Assembly: GCA_001643675.2 (NCBI GenBank)
Contig: LSRY02000050.1
Span: 186,001-250,000, forward strand
Reading direction: 5' to 3'
DNA: 64,000 bases
DNA from: Monocercomonoides exilis PA203
Taxonomy: Eukaryota; Protista; Preaxostyla
Part shown: piece after piece, positions 12,700-25,159 of the stretch
Layout of the letters: each line of letters starts with the position of its first letter
Position numbering within the stretch: position 1 is the stretch's first letter
Translations under genes and position numbers: made by a program
The notes under the pieces: generated by a model
What the model saw: only the letters and a program-made list of their open reading frames with translations
What the model was told of the DNA's origin: nothing
Database searches by the model: none

Positions 12700-15302
12700 A
12701 TGAGATGTCCTCAACACTCACACGCGTTCCTGCCCACCCCTTCCCCCACACACACCAAAAAAGATCCCGTCCTTAATCCAGGAAGAAGCGGTTCTATTTT
12801 ATCAAAGCAGAATATGAAGACTCCACGCAAAGATTTAAGTTCGCTCAGCATTCCATTGTGTTCTTCACCAGCTGAAACTTTGAAAACTTGCGTTGTTTCT
12901 TCCTCATCACTGCCAAAAGAAGAATTAGCACATACAGAAGCAGCAGCAACAAAAGAAGAAGAAACAAAGCCATAATGCACTTTATATGCAACCATCTTCA
13001 ACTCCACAGAAACGCCCAGTAGATCAACCGCTGAAAAAGCGCGGACAATCTGCAATGGCCGACGAAATGTCGCAACTTCATTGATCGCCCGACACATATC
13101 ATTTGACTTCCTTCTCTGAATGAACTCCTCTTCTGCACCGAGCTCCTTGTCTGATGCGTTGAACGATTTCTGCTCCTTCGCTATCTGCACCTCTGCCTGT
13201 CTCCCCTCTGCCGGCCCGCGCCAGCTGCACATCTGTGTCAAACGCACCCACAAACACTCAACCAAACACGCGCGCACGCTTCATCGCTGTTCTGTTGACC
13301 AGAATCTTCTTTTCATTGTCTTCTTCTGCTTTTTGTTTACTCCTCCGTGTCACCTCAATTCTCTCTTCCTATGTCGACTAAACTTTCACAGAATAATTTG
13401 TCTTTCATTCCTACAGGCACTGCAACTTAACAACACAGCTTCCGAAGATGAAACTGGATATGTGTGTTCGCATAACTCATCAGCTCCTTTCGAACTATTC
13501 AGATGCAGTGATCAAAGTCGCATTTCTTTGCTTTTTCTCCGTTTCTTTCGACAAGAATACAGAACTTATCGGCCAAGTCTTTTTCCATTGCCTTCTTTAT
13601 GTTCTCACCATTCCTTATCACTTGCAGGATCAAGATCTCCAAATCTCCAGAGCCAGACTTCTCTTCGACTTCGTTCCTCAGCTGTATCTCCGCCTTTTTT
13701 CCCACATTTCAGCACTGCTTATAGTCAGCAGCATGTTCAGTCGCCCGGCACATCCAAAGTCTTCCCGTCTGCAATGCTCACACGCATCATTTGCTGATTG
13801 CCTTTTTGGTTCAAGGAACAGCTCGTCAGCCCTCAGTCAGATAGAACAACCACTGCACTCCGCTCTTCTTCATGCATTAAAATTTTCCTCCCTCTTCCCC
13901 CTCTTCCTCCTCTTCTTTTTATCACTCTTCATAAATCAAATAACTTTCTTCCACTTGCTTTTTCATAAGATTTGACTTTTTCCTCAATCATTTTCAAACA
14001 ATTAGTTTGCATTTGCACCTGTTCCACATCTTTTCCCACTCCATCTGCAATTCCATCTGAAGTTATACCCAAAGATCCATCTGCTGCTTCTTCTTCTGCT
14101 CTCCTGTTCTCCTGTTGAATGTCATCTCTTTGCGAAGATCTGTTGATTATAGGTAACATTGAATGCTGCTTGCCTGTCTTTTCGTGTGTCTCCGCCTTCA
14201 CAAACCTCAGCCGACCCAGCCTAAGTACCTCTATAACCAGCGGCGCAATCGCTTCTTCCGGCTTCTCCTGGTTCTTTTTGATTCTCTCCATAAACTTCCT
14301 GAACTCCATCAGATATCCTCCTTTCTCCTCATTCCCATCACCTCCCTCTTTTCCTTTATATTCTTCTCCATCTTCTTCTCCCTTTTCTTCTCCCTTTTCT
14401 TCTCCCTTTTCTTCTCCCTTTTCTTCTCCCTTTTCTTCTCCCTCTTTACCTCATTCCAATCACCTTCCTCTTCCTCTTCCTCTTCTCGCTCCTCCACTTC
14501 CGCTAGCGCAATTGCTGCAGGTGGCAGAACCACGTCTTCCATCCTCAGCCCATCTTCCTCCAGCACCTTCTCCACAATCTCCTCCACTTCACATACTGCA
14601 ACCCCTCTCCCCATCACTTCATCGTCCAGCTTCACCATAACACACCTCGACTGTGGTGATCGCAATATTCACAGCGACGGGTCAAACAGATCGTTGATCG
14701 AATCGAATGCATTCACATCTGCCGCTGCAAAGATCCGCTTGCTCCCCGACTTCGTGCCCACCGAAGTTGCAAGCCACAGAAACAGCGCCACCAAAGTAAC
14801 TGAAAACCTCACCGAAAGCGCATCATAAGCACACACAACACCCCCACACAGCACCGCCCGAAGCGCTTCAACGTATTCCCGCAGCATCTGCTGCTCCTTC
14901 AGAAAAGAATTCCTATGATTTGCATACACTACTGCTGCCTTAGGCACCGCAATCCGCAGCCGCCTCTCAAAGTCGTCCATCGCTGCTACAGATGTGTATG
15001 AAGCAGCCACCACAGACGCATACGAAGGGTCAATCGCAGGTGATGATGACGAAGATGATGGCTTATCATCTTCTGTCATTTTCTTCTCTTCGCTTCTCCG
15101 CCTCCGGAATGGCGAAGCAGATCAACGTGCTTCTCCAGTTGAAGAAGACGAAGAATACCAAAGACGCTGAACAAAAAGACGACTGATGCACTTCGATGGT
15201 AACATGAGTATTTTTCAGATACCTAACCACATCTGCAGGCAGATCAATCGGAGATACAAGCGCAACATCCGCAATCCAATCACAAATCCCATTCTGCCAC
15301 AA
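12700..15302 (-). pseudogene. Fragmented gene of unknown family, paralogous to 25160-27390
   Basis: Chain of short collinear minus-strand ORFs (15066-15302, 14669-15079, 14309-14665, 13929-14309, 13499-13705, 12711-13277) separated by stops and shifts. KRIFAAADVNAFDSINDLFDPSL...QSRCV...GVAVCEVEEI matches the second copy. Contains a 12-bp tandem repeat encoding EKKR at ~14374-14440. Confidence 0.6.
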
Positions 15303-15806
15303 AAGATCATTGCTTTTAAGTGGATGGAAATGGATGGAACAGAATTTTTTTTGAAAGGGAATTGAAATGAGAAGAAAAAGATGAGCAAAAAAGAAAAATG
15401 AAAAGTTGAAAGCTATTTAAGATATGATTCATGGCTTGATTCTAAACTTGAGATATCATTTCTCTTTTGAATTTTTTTTCTGAAAAGGAAATTTAATATA
15501 AGAAATTATAAGTTGTTTTTTTTACTATTTATTATAAAATTAAAAACTGCTCTGTATTAACAATTTTTTGAATTTCTTATAAAACAATGAAAACAGTATC
15601 GATGAAATTTTCTAGTTTAATAATTTCTAACAAAAAATACACGAATTATAGCAAGTTAATATCTATTTGTTTTTCGACATAAGAAAATATTCAAAAAGAA
15701 GTCTCCATTCAGAAAATGAAAACGTTTATTCGAACAGTTGAAATCAAAACAAAGAAATATGAACAAATTATTAAATTGCTCCAAAAAACAAGAAAAATAA
15801 TATATA

Positions 15807-17863
15807 GGGTCAGTAATTTATCGGGACCCTTTTTTTTTATTGGGACCTTTTTATTTGACTAGAAAAAAAAAATTAAATAAAAATTAAAAAAACACAAATG
15901 AAGAATCCAATTTACGTATTACTTTTCTTTTTCCTTTTTTTCTTTCAATTATATTGATTTCTTCCTTTTCATTTTCATGATCATCTTCTTTCACTTCAAA
16001 TTTTCTCTTTATTTTTTTCATTTCAATTAAAGACTCTAACTCATTATCGTCTTTTTGCTCTTCTTTTTTCATTTCTTCAGAAAAATTCTTTTCATCATCA
16101 ACTTTTTCTTCTTTTTCGACTTTTTCTTCATCTTAAATTCCCAAATGTTCACTCCAATCATTCAGAAGCTTCTCATCAGCAATTAACTTGCCACAGAAGT
16201 CGAATCTGTTTGAATGAGTTGAAGGTTGATATTCCGATATTTCTGGAAGCTTCATAAGAATCGGTCCAGATTCGTTATGAAGTACTCCACTCGTTGCGAA
16301 GGCTTTTTCAATTACAGCAAGTGAGAGTGCGGTATGAATTGCTTGAGGGAGAACATCCACAAGAGCTGTTCTTTTCGATGAAGATGTCGATGACGACGGA
16401 GATTCATATTTTGTTTGCAGTTCTGTTTTGAGAACAGCGAGGACTCCTCTGTCAAGAGGCTGGGCGATATGTGTGCTGTGAGGAATGAAGGTGACGACTT
16501 CGATATTTTCTTTTTGAAATTCTCTCCAGATTGTCGGATCTGCGCGAGAAGTATGTGAGTCGATGAGAAGCAAGCAGCGAGAGTTTTCCAGTGACATGCG
16601 CTTTCTGCGATCGATGATTCCTTGAAGGAGTGTTGAATGCGAATTTTTTTTGAATTGATTGCAGCCCATCCTACCACTTCTGTTTAGCCAGATATCCAGA
16701 GTTTGTGATGGCAGCGGCTTCATTTCATCAGGAAGACTCTTGCTAGGCCATAGAATCAAGAAGGAAGTGCAAATCCATCAGCAGCCACAGCAGCAACTAG
16801 AGTAGAATTCACCATTTTTGTGGTTCTTTACGAAATCCCGGATTTTCATTTTTTGGATGAACCAATCTTAGCTTTGTATTGGTAGGGACTCTCAGTGATG
16901 ACTCATCCATGTTGAATATTAGTTCTTTGCAGTATTCATTTTTTTCATGTAGACCGTCCAATAATGAATGCCAGGGCTGCAGAACACTTTGGCACGACAC
17001 CGCTAGGCGATTAACATCAACATTTTTCGGCGAACTTCTCTTCAGCTCTGGATGGCGCTTCACAAATTGGTAAGCTGTAGCCATTGAAACGTTTATGTTT
17101 GGTGCGTCTTCGTCATCTGTATCATTAATTACATTTTCCATCTAATGTTTTTTTAAGAATTATTAATTATTAAAGAACAATAAACCAGTTCGCGAACTTT
17201 CCGTATAGGCAAACAGCTTCCAGATCTTGATTCAATGATAATTTCATCCAGCACAATTTGTTCTTTGTCTCCTATAACAAATTGTGGCCTTCCCACTTTT
17301 GAAACAAGCCTTTTATTTCTCAGCGCCCGAACTGCATTTTTAATTCTTTTGCGTGAGAATTCCATGGAGTTAATTGCGTCTGTAATCCTGACAACTCCAT
17401 CAACCACAATGCGCGCCATCCTTTCCAGTCGATTGTCAATCCTTCTATAATCGAAAGATTTCATTGCAGCACGTAATTTTCTTTGTCCAGCAATTCTCTT
17501 TTGTTCCACAGCAATTTTCATTTTTTTATTATGGTCATGATCTTAAGTCCAATTTATTATTTTATTAATTATAACTTTCAATTTTCATTGAAATTAAATT
17601 TTTATTTGCATTAAATACGAATTTAAATGGTTTTACGCACCTTGTTACCCACCTATTTATTTATTTTTTTCGACGGAAGGGATTAACCCCCCCATCTCCC
17701 CCCAATTGGATATAGGCTTCGCATTCAAATGTAATTATCCTTATTTTCAGGGTTTGCTTATATACTGATAATGTTAATAAATATATAAAAAGTGGGAATT
17801 TTAGTTTTCTATTTAAAAATTTAGGCACCGTTAAAAAAAAAGGTCCCGATAAATTACTGACCC
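15807..17863 (-). mobile_element. Tc1/mariner-superfamily pogo-like DNA transposon (DD35D), full length with TIRs
   Basis: Perfect 22-bp TIRs GGGTCAGTAATTTATCGGGACC (15807-15828 and 17842-17863), extended by a T/A run. TA on both sides (15805-15806, 17864-17865). Encodes a DDE_1-type transposase. Confidence 0.92.
15884..17521 (-). pseudogene. pogo-like DDE_1 transposase with one predicted intron, two frameshifts and one premature stop
   Basis: Catalytic motifs IFNMDES, LLLIDSH and AQPLD, with 35 residues between the 2nd and 3rd Asp. A 44-nt GT-AG intron (17185-17142) joins ORFs 17153-17521 and 16809-17141 in frame. One-base shifts at ~16815 and ~16760. TAA at 16133-16135 precedes an in-frame acidic tail. 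Confidence 0.85.
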
Positions 17864-19741
17864 TAATAACATTGATGTGATTTAACAGTTAAAAAAATAG
17901 AAGAAATTTGTTTTAATGAAACGCAGTATTTGGGGATATGTGACAAAACTCAACAGAATAATTTTTTACAAAATGTGATGGAAAAGGAATGATCAACATT
18001 TTCTGATCATTATCGATCTGATTTTCAGATCAATTAAACGTTTGCGACTTTTCATAAATAATGACCCAAATGAATTTTCGTTTCCTCGTTTTCTTCAATA
18101 TCCTAAGAAAACCCTCCAGAAAAAAACATCTTCTCTTTCATCTTTTGATATCTGCTATATTTATTCCTCTTCTGGGTGTATTGCAAAAAAATTATTTAAA
18201 TATATCTTGATCAATTGTTGGATTCCATTAATCTCAGAGAAAATCAAACCAACCAGCTCTTATCACGCCTTTCTGTTGATGGATAATCATTCAACACACA
18301 ATGATGTGTTTGTAATTAAAGCCGGAGAAAAAAACAACATCTTTCAGAAACGATTCCTGCCCAATATGAGGCACTTCCTTTGACCGAGTGACTCATATGT
18401 TTTATCTCGACTGAAATCAACATTGAACAACAAATTTGTTATTCCATCTCCATTCTCCCTCTCTTCTTATCGAACACAACTCGCAGAAGTTCTTCCTGAA
18501 GCCTTGTCAGCTGCTCACGTTCCTTCATATATTAAAGCAGCATTCATAAAGATGTTAGTAAAGCCTGTTGCCACAGCTCCTGTTCTCAACTTTGATTAAG
18601 TGGAGCACCTAATGGAGCATTTCCATAAAAAGAGAATCTTCATCCTTAATCTGAAGAGTTACTGAAGAACTTTTCGGTAACTTTTCTCCAATTTAAACGC
18701 AAAGAATCCCAGTTTCATCTAAAACTTTTAACATTAATTTTGAAGAATTTTCTAACTTGACAAAATTCACTTCATCTAACATATCGAGTTCTTTTTCAAC
18801 GCCTTTTGATTACAAATCACATTTATCAGCAATTATTGAAGATTTGGACAGCTTTGATTTAATAAAAACAACTTAAAGATACTAAAAAGCATCTTGAATA
18901 TCTTGGATGAATGTTAAAAGAAATTGAAAAATCAAATGTTTCATCGACTTCTTCAACTTTGAAAACAAGTTATTCTCGAAAAGAATTCTACATTCTTTTG
19001 TCAAGCTCTTCTTCAGATGAAGAAAAAAAGAGAAATTAAACAGAAAAAGATAAAGATAATCTTTAAAATTATCAACAATAATACAAGTGGAGAAAGCCAC
19101 ATTGATGAAAGAAGAAAATTGGAAAAGGAAAATGCAATTCAAACAGCAGTCTCACCATCTTTCAGCAAAATAGATAATTGAATTTCGCAAAAAATATTAT
19201 TCTTCTTTGTCGTCGTAGTTTCTTTCTATCTATCTTTCTTTTTATAATAAAAAAGTTTGGAACCGCGAAATGTTGAGATCAATAAAGAAAAACAAGTGAA
19301 TAATGTTTGTGCTTTTCTCAGAACTTGCAACTGTGGAAAATGAATAGTTCAAAGTTGATTTGAAGATGAATACTAAACAATTTATTAACAACTGGAGAGC
19401 ATTTCAAATCAGTCATTTCATTACATACAAATATTCTCTTGATTTAATTGAAGTAAACATGAAGAAATAAATAAATAATTCAACAAAATTGAATGCGTTT
19501 AGCGAAATTGAAAGGGGGCAGGCTTAGCACCAGGTGGCGTGAAAATATCCAAAGGTATTTTTTTTGTAATTTTGAAAAATATGTCAATTTTTTTGTTGAT
19601 ATTTCTTCGCTTCATTTTGATGAATCTGGATAAAAAATCACTTTAAGCAAACATATGAAAATTAATTTTTGTATCGTTTTGTGAAATGAATGAAAAATGA
19701 GAAAACTGAAAATAAAGAGTGACAAAATACAATGAATTTCC

Positions 19742-21055
19742 TCAAACATTCACAAGATAATCTGAAATACTCAAAGATAAATCATCATAATATTTTTGGT
19801 TGAGAAATTCAAATATTTTATGAAAGCTGGTGATGGCATCTTCGTATCCTTCTTCCTCCAGCTTTTCAAAAACCTTCCTGTTCAACTCTTTTCCTTTAAC
19901 TTCTTCCAATTCATCATCTGTCTTCCTTTTCAATCTTTTTGAAACATTCAAAAAGAAATACAAGCAATTTCTCATCACATTGTCATCCAACGTTGGTTGC
20001 TGCATCCCCTCCAAAACAGTATCAACTGCTCCTCCTTTCAACAAGTCTTCAACTTTCACAACTCTATTGTCTGATGCATTTCTCAAGAAGTGAATGCATC
20101 GATTGCAAATTACTCCATTATTCCCTTTTGCTGCTCGATATAAATGAACAATGCTATTGATTAGCTCAACATTTTCTTCATTCCACAATCGACAACTGAG
20201 AAAATACATTTCACATGTTTTCAGCCATCTCATCAATGCAAATTCTTCTTTCGTTTCTTCTTTGTTCATTTCTTCTTTTTTCTTCCAGTCAATGCATCTT
20301 GCTAGCTCTTCCAATTCTCTTGCTGCTTCTCTTCCAAAATGCAGCTCAGCCGTAATTGTATCTTCCAAGCTGTAATCATTGAAGAATCTGTATATTAAAA
20401 ATTGCCAAGCACACTGATAGGCAAGTTTTGTGAGATTTCTGTGTTTTTGCTGATGTTTGACGATTTCTGTAATTTCCTTCAAATATAGTTCTTGTCCAAT
20501 TTCCTTTTTAAAAATAAGAGGAGAAAAAATTCAATAACATAAATAAAGGAACTAGAAGTGCTCATACAAAAAATCCCATATCACTCAAAGCCATCAATGC
20601 TATTTCCACTTCTGTTTGAACTTCCTCGCTTTCATCTTTGACAGAAGCAGCTTTCAGGAGGCAAGGCACGCATACGCAAAGCATTTTCGAATTTATGCAA
20701 CCATTCAGAAAAACAAAACATTCGCAAAGGTCAGAAAAAAGCTTTTCATTCTTTTCTTCTTTCTTTTCTTCTTCAATTACCATCTTCTTAAATCTTTCAC
20801 CTAGCGAAGACGAATCAAAGCATAAATTCCAAACATTTTTCATCACCTTGCAATATCCAATATGCTTCAGCAGCAAAATTGCATTCTCCATTGACATTTT
20901 CTTTTCTTCAATCATTTTTTCTATTTTGTCGAATGTTTCTTCGTTTAAAATTGATTCGAATTCTTCTTTATTCATTCCATCAACTTCTTTATTCATTTCT
21001 TCAATTTTCTGTTTCTGTTCTGCTTCAGTGAATTGTTCCAACTGTGAAAGTTTCT
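19742..21055 (-). CDS. Member of an expanded lineage-specific helical (ARM-like) protein family; 5' exon not resolved
   Basis: ORFs 20562-21188 and 19742-20482 join in frame through a GTATGAG...AAG intron at 20567-20504. Motifs EQKQKIEEMN, VPCLLKAA, EVEIALMALS, LTKLAYQCAWQFLI and EKLEEEGYED recall a large Monocercomonoides hypothetical-protein family (from memory). Probable acceptor at 21057-21056. Confidence 0.7.
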
Positions 21056-22989
21056 CTAAAAAATGTGAAAAATCAAAAGAGAAAAAAGAAGCATTTATTT
21101 TTAAAACCAACAATTTCTTATAACATTTTGCAAACCCAGAAATATTTGCTTTTTTGAAGGTGACTGTGAAATCGCAAAATGAATTCAAAACAGTTTATAA
21201 ATTCGTTTTCGAAATATTCGTTGAATATTCGAATTAAAAGAATTAAAAACATCAAATCAAAAATTTTTAAACAACACAGGATTCGAAACCTCTTTTGCCA
21301 TCAAAGATTTTTGCATCAAAACAAGCAAATCTTAATATTAAAAAAATCAATTTTCGCGCAAATAAGTAAGGGTGACCAACCTATAATTTATAAAGTTATT
21401 TTTTTTAAATTGGTGATTTGCTACAGTCAGAGCATGTTTGAGCTGCTTGTGCATACAACTACAGATGCAACCATGCGAGTTATATCCCCACAGAAGAATA
21501 GGAATTTTGCTTACAGATGGAGAAGCGAGTGGCTGTTTGCATCGATTGTTTGCGAAAAGTGAATTGGTGGAGAAAACCAGAGTGAAATTTGAACTTGGTT
21601 AAAAATCGCAAAATATATGAGGCAACATCGTCTGCGATATTTTGAATGAAAAATAACTCAAGCAAGATGCAGAAAAAAAGCGATTAAAATGCTAGAAAGA
21701 TTGAATTGAACAGCTTGTTCATTTTGTGGAAAATACAGTACACTTGGCATAACTATTGCGCAGGACTTGCTTTATATGGTTTTTTTTGGTAGAGTGTTGG
21801 CTTTGTGGAAAAGGAAAGGGAATTGAGGGGTTGGACAATGGAGGAAGCGAGTTGAACGAAGCACTCAGCAGGCCTCAACAACAATCGCGTTTGCATTTTG
21901 AACGAAGCAAGTTGGAAATCTATCAACAAATACTTGCAGTTGAATTGGGCTTTGTAAAGGTGTTAATTTGGAGAATATGTGTTTTCATCTGATATCACGG
22001 CCAGCTCCACAATGGATTCTCTGCTTTCGATGATGTTCTTTACCAACCATTTGTTATCCAGTTGTCTGTTTTTTTTTTTGTGACAAGAGGCAATTTTGGA
22101 GAACAAGGAAGCCAGCTGGGCTGATAATTACCAATCCATTGGAGATGGGAAAAGATTTCGAGGTCAAAAAGATGGTTTGTTTTTTTTTATTTCATTCATT
22201 TTTCTTTAAAGCTACTCTTTGAATGAATAGAGATTGGCCACGAACAGGAATGACAGGAAAGAAATCTTTTTTTTTATTTAGCAAAAGAACCAGAAGTTTT
22301 GAGATTATTCTTGTTTGGATTGCATTCAACAATAACATTCGTTACTTTTGCCATCTGTTTTGTATGAACCACAGCATAACAATGCTTGACATGAGCTTAA
22401 AAGGGAGAAAAAGCAGTTTGTTTGGCTCGTTTGTTGAGGGTATTTAACAGAAGCGACTCTTTTGTCGGAGTAGATGAGCTGGCTGAGCATTCACATTCAA
22501 AAAGCATCCAACTTTTTTTGTGATTTGCCATTACTCATTGTCATTTCCAGAATGGTTTGATGGAAACATGCAACTGGAAGACTTTATGACAAGACTCACA
22601 CTTTTGATGCAACTAACAGAATTGGATGAATAAAATGTGAAAAGGATTTTCGAAACTTTGAATTGGGATCAAAAATTGGAGGATTTCCAAAAGGAGAAGA
22701 GAAAAAGGAGAGAAGATGGAGCAATGGACTGGAAAATAAGGAAAAATGATTGTGGAAAAGAAAAGTTGCACTGAGGGGAAATGGAGGAAAGAATAACAAA
22801 AAGAGGAGAAAGAGCGAGAACCTAACAATTCTGAAGAAAGAGAATCATACCATTGGAGAAAGAAAGAAAGAAAGAAAGAAAGAGAAAAAAATTAATAGTT
22901 CAAGAATGAGTTGAAAAATATCTGAATAAAATAAAATTAGTTAATAAAAATTATATTCACAATTGAAAAATGAGTTTTCAAGAATAATT

Positions 22990-23100
22990 GGATGAATCGT
23001 GAAATTACAAAAATTTCAAAATTATTGGGTTATTTTGAAATTATCCAATAATTTTGAAGTTGTCCATGGAACTTTTGAAAAATTTTGGGAAATTTTGCAA
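22990..23100 (+). mobile_element. Degenerate terminus of the AGATGAATT-ended transposon family
   Basis: ATT|GGATGAATCGTGAA matches AGATGAATTGTGAA at 12/14 positions. 23029-23058 matches 62515-62544 of the transposase-bearing element at 27/30 positions in the same orientation. Confidence 0.55.
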
Positions 23101-23302
23101 TTAGTTAGGAAGCTAATTTTATTCTGTGAAAATATATATTTTGCAAAAAACATACAGTAATTCAAAGCAAATATTCATGTTATTCTCTTGTGTTTTTAGT
23201 GTTAATATCAAATAATATAACTTATTTGCTGTTTTTTTAGGAAATTAAAAAATTTTTTTTGAAATAAGCTTTTAATCCAATTTTGTTCTTTTCTAAGACA
23301 TC

Positions 23303-23303
<1 letters not shown>

Positions 23304-23353
<50 letters not shown>
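23304..23353 (+). repeat. Poly-T tract (~50 nt)
   Basis: Directly visible. Confidence 0.9.
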
Positions 23354-23354
<1 letters not shown>

Positions 23355-23404
23355 TTCGAGCAATTCAAATGAAAAATACTTCTCATTAAGCTTGAAGATT
23401 AAAA

Positions 23405-24790
23405 ATGTTCATTATTAAACAGAATGAATGGATGCAACAAAAAGCCAATCATTTTTTTTGTTTGAATGGGTTGACTGTTCATCACCACAAGGAGGCGTAC
23501 CTCATGTGCAAGATTATTCAAATGCTATTCTGTCAGTTGAGAATTCTTCATTCACAAGCAGCAATGCTTCTTCCACAAAAGGTGGGGGAATATTTGTCTT
23601 CAAAATTGCTAAACACACTGTGCTTCATTCAACATTCACCCAAAGTTCGGTTGCAGCAACAACACACTTTAGTGATGCAGGAATCATGGCAGAAGATATT
23701 CACACTTAACCAGTTGTTGATGATTTCTCCTTTCAAAATTACTCTTCTGGAGACAATGGAGGAGGAATTTGTTTTAATCAAGAAGTTGTTCAAAAACAAA
23801 AGCAATGCGTTGTGAGTTCCTTTTTTTGAAAACAACAGGCGTAATAGTTCATCTGATGGCACGGGTGGTGCAATTGAGCATTGGAATTTTTTGGACAAAG
23901 TCTAAATGTTTTACTCCCCATTCTGCAACTGCTTTTCGATGATAGTAGGAGATGCTGTTGGCTTATAAATTGTTGCAGTTTATAAAGGAATTTTTATTTT
24001 TCTGTTGTTTTTTCCACAATAACCCATGTGTGAAAGGCAGACATGACATTCTTTTTCAAAACTTTTCATCAAACAACATTCACATAAGATGTTATTTTAA
24101 CAGACAAACACCAAACAGAGTTAGCTCAAAATGCAACTCTGTTATTGACAAAAGTGAATAGCTTGATAATGTTGGTGGACGAACCACATTTGATTTTTCA
24201 ACTGCAGCACAATCAAATTCCAAAGGCATTTTTTCATGTGGAATCAATGAAAGCGATCCGTGAAATACTATCAGCCATTGTTTAACTCCACTTATTCCAG
24301 GCTGTGCAAAAGAAGTCCAGATATTTACAGTAATAATAACAGAAATAAGAAGTGAAGATATCGAAACCAACGCTGTTGTGATATGTGGACAAAGTGGTGT
24401 GAGTGCAACTATCCAAACAGAATTAGAAGCAGCCAATGTTTCTCTCATTGCAGTTTCAACAGGAACTTGCTTTTGTGCATGGCTCAGAATAAGTGAATCT
24501 TAATAACCCAAGTGTATTTGAGAAGAATGGAACTTATCATGTTAAAACAGGAGGCTGCTCAACTCTTTTCTTTCTAAGTCTGCTGTTTTCGCGAAGCCTC
24601 CATGATAGTTCGATTTGCTATTGTTCCTTTATCATCTGCTCATGTTCTCCAGTTAAATGTCAACAATGTGTGAGTATCACTGATTGAATTTCCTCGGATA
24701 ACTGTCATTTTTATAATTTCACATCATCTGGGTCTGTTTTCTCCAGCTATTGTCTTTTCTTCGCTTTCAGTTCCATGACTGATGATACCA
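23405..24790 (+). pseudogene. Second decayed beta-helix (GG-repeat) surface-protein gene
   Basis: FEWVDCSSPQGG, TKGGGIFV, GDNGGG, GTGGAIEH and CGINESDP*NTISHCL motifs of the same family as 10780-11901, with many stops and shifts. Confidence 0.65.
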
Positions 24791-25159
24791 TCTCTTCTCC
24801 TGATCTCTTTTGGGGAAAATTGAATGTTTTTATTAAATTCCATTCAATCTGACAGAAAAACAATTCTCAAACTATTTTCGTCGTCATCATCAACCTTTTT
24901 TTCTTCTTATTCCTCATTTTTTTATTCTTTTTCTTCATCGTTTCCTGCCTTTTTTGTTTCGAATGTTTTTTAAGAAAATTATGCTTTCTCAAGATTTGAG
25001 ATATATATATTTCATTCGAACATTTCTTTGAATGAAAATGACTGCGATAAGAAACAGGAGATTAAAGAGAAAGAATAAGGAAAAGAAGAATGCAACGATG
25101 AAGATGACAACACTGATGAAAGTGTTTGATGAGAAGTTAAATGATCAATCCCATCAAAT

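Larger units (their letters stand above)
15600..18600 (+). mobile_element. Older, decayed pogo-like (DDE_1) transposase remnant split by the younger element
   Basis: Right of the insertion: SSSGCI...AFLLMDNHSTH...FLPNMRHFL*PSDSYVLSRLKSTL (18042-~18550). Left of it: YLFVFRHKKIFKKKSP (15660-15707), which resembles AYQFVKRHPELKRSSP of the younger transposase. No TIRs found. Confidence 0.6.

Noticed and set aside
21480-22830. Possible decayed minus-strand gene
   Set aside because: Composition is coding-like, but there is no sustained frame or recognisable motif.
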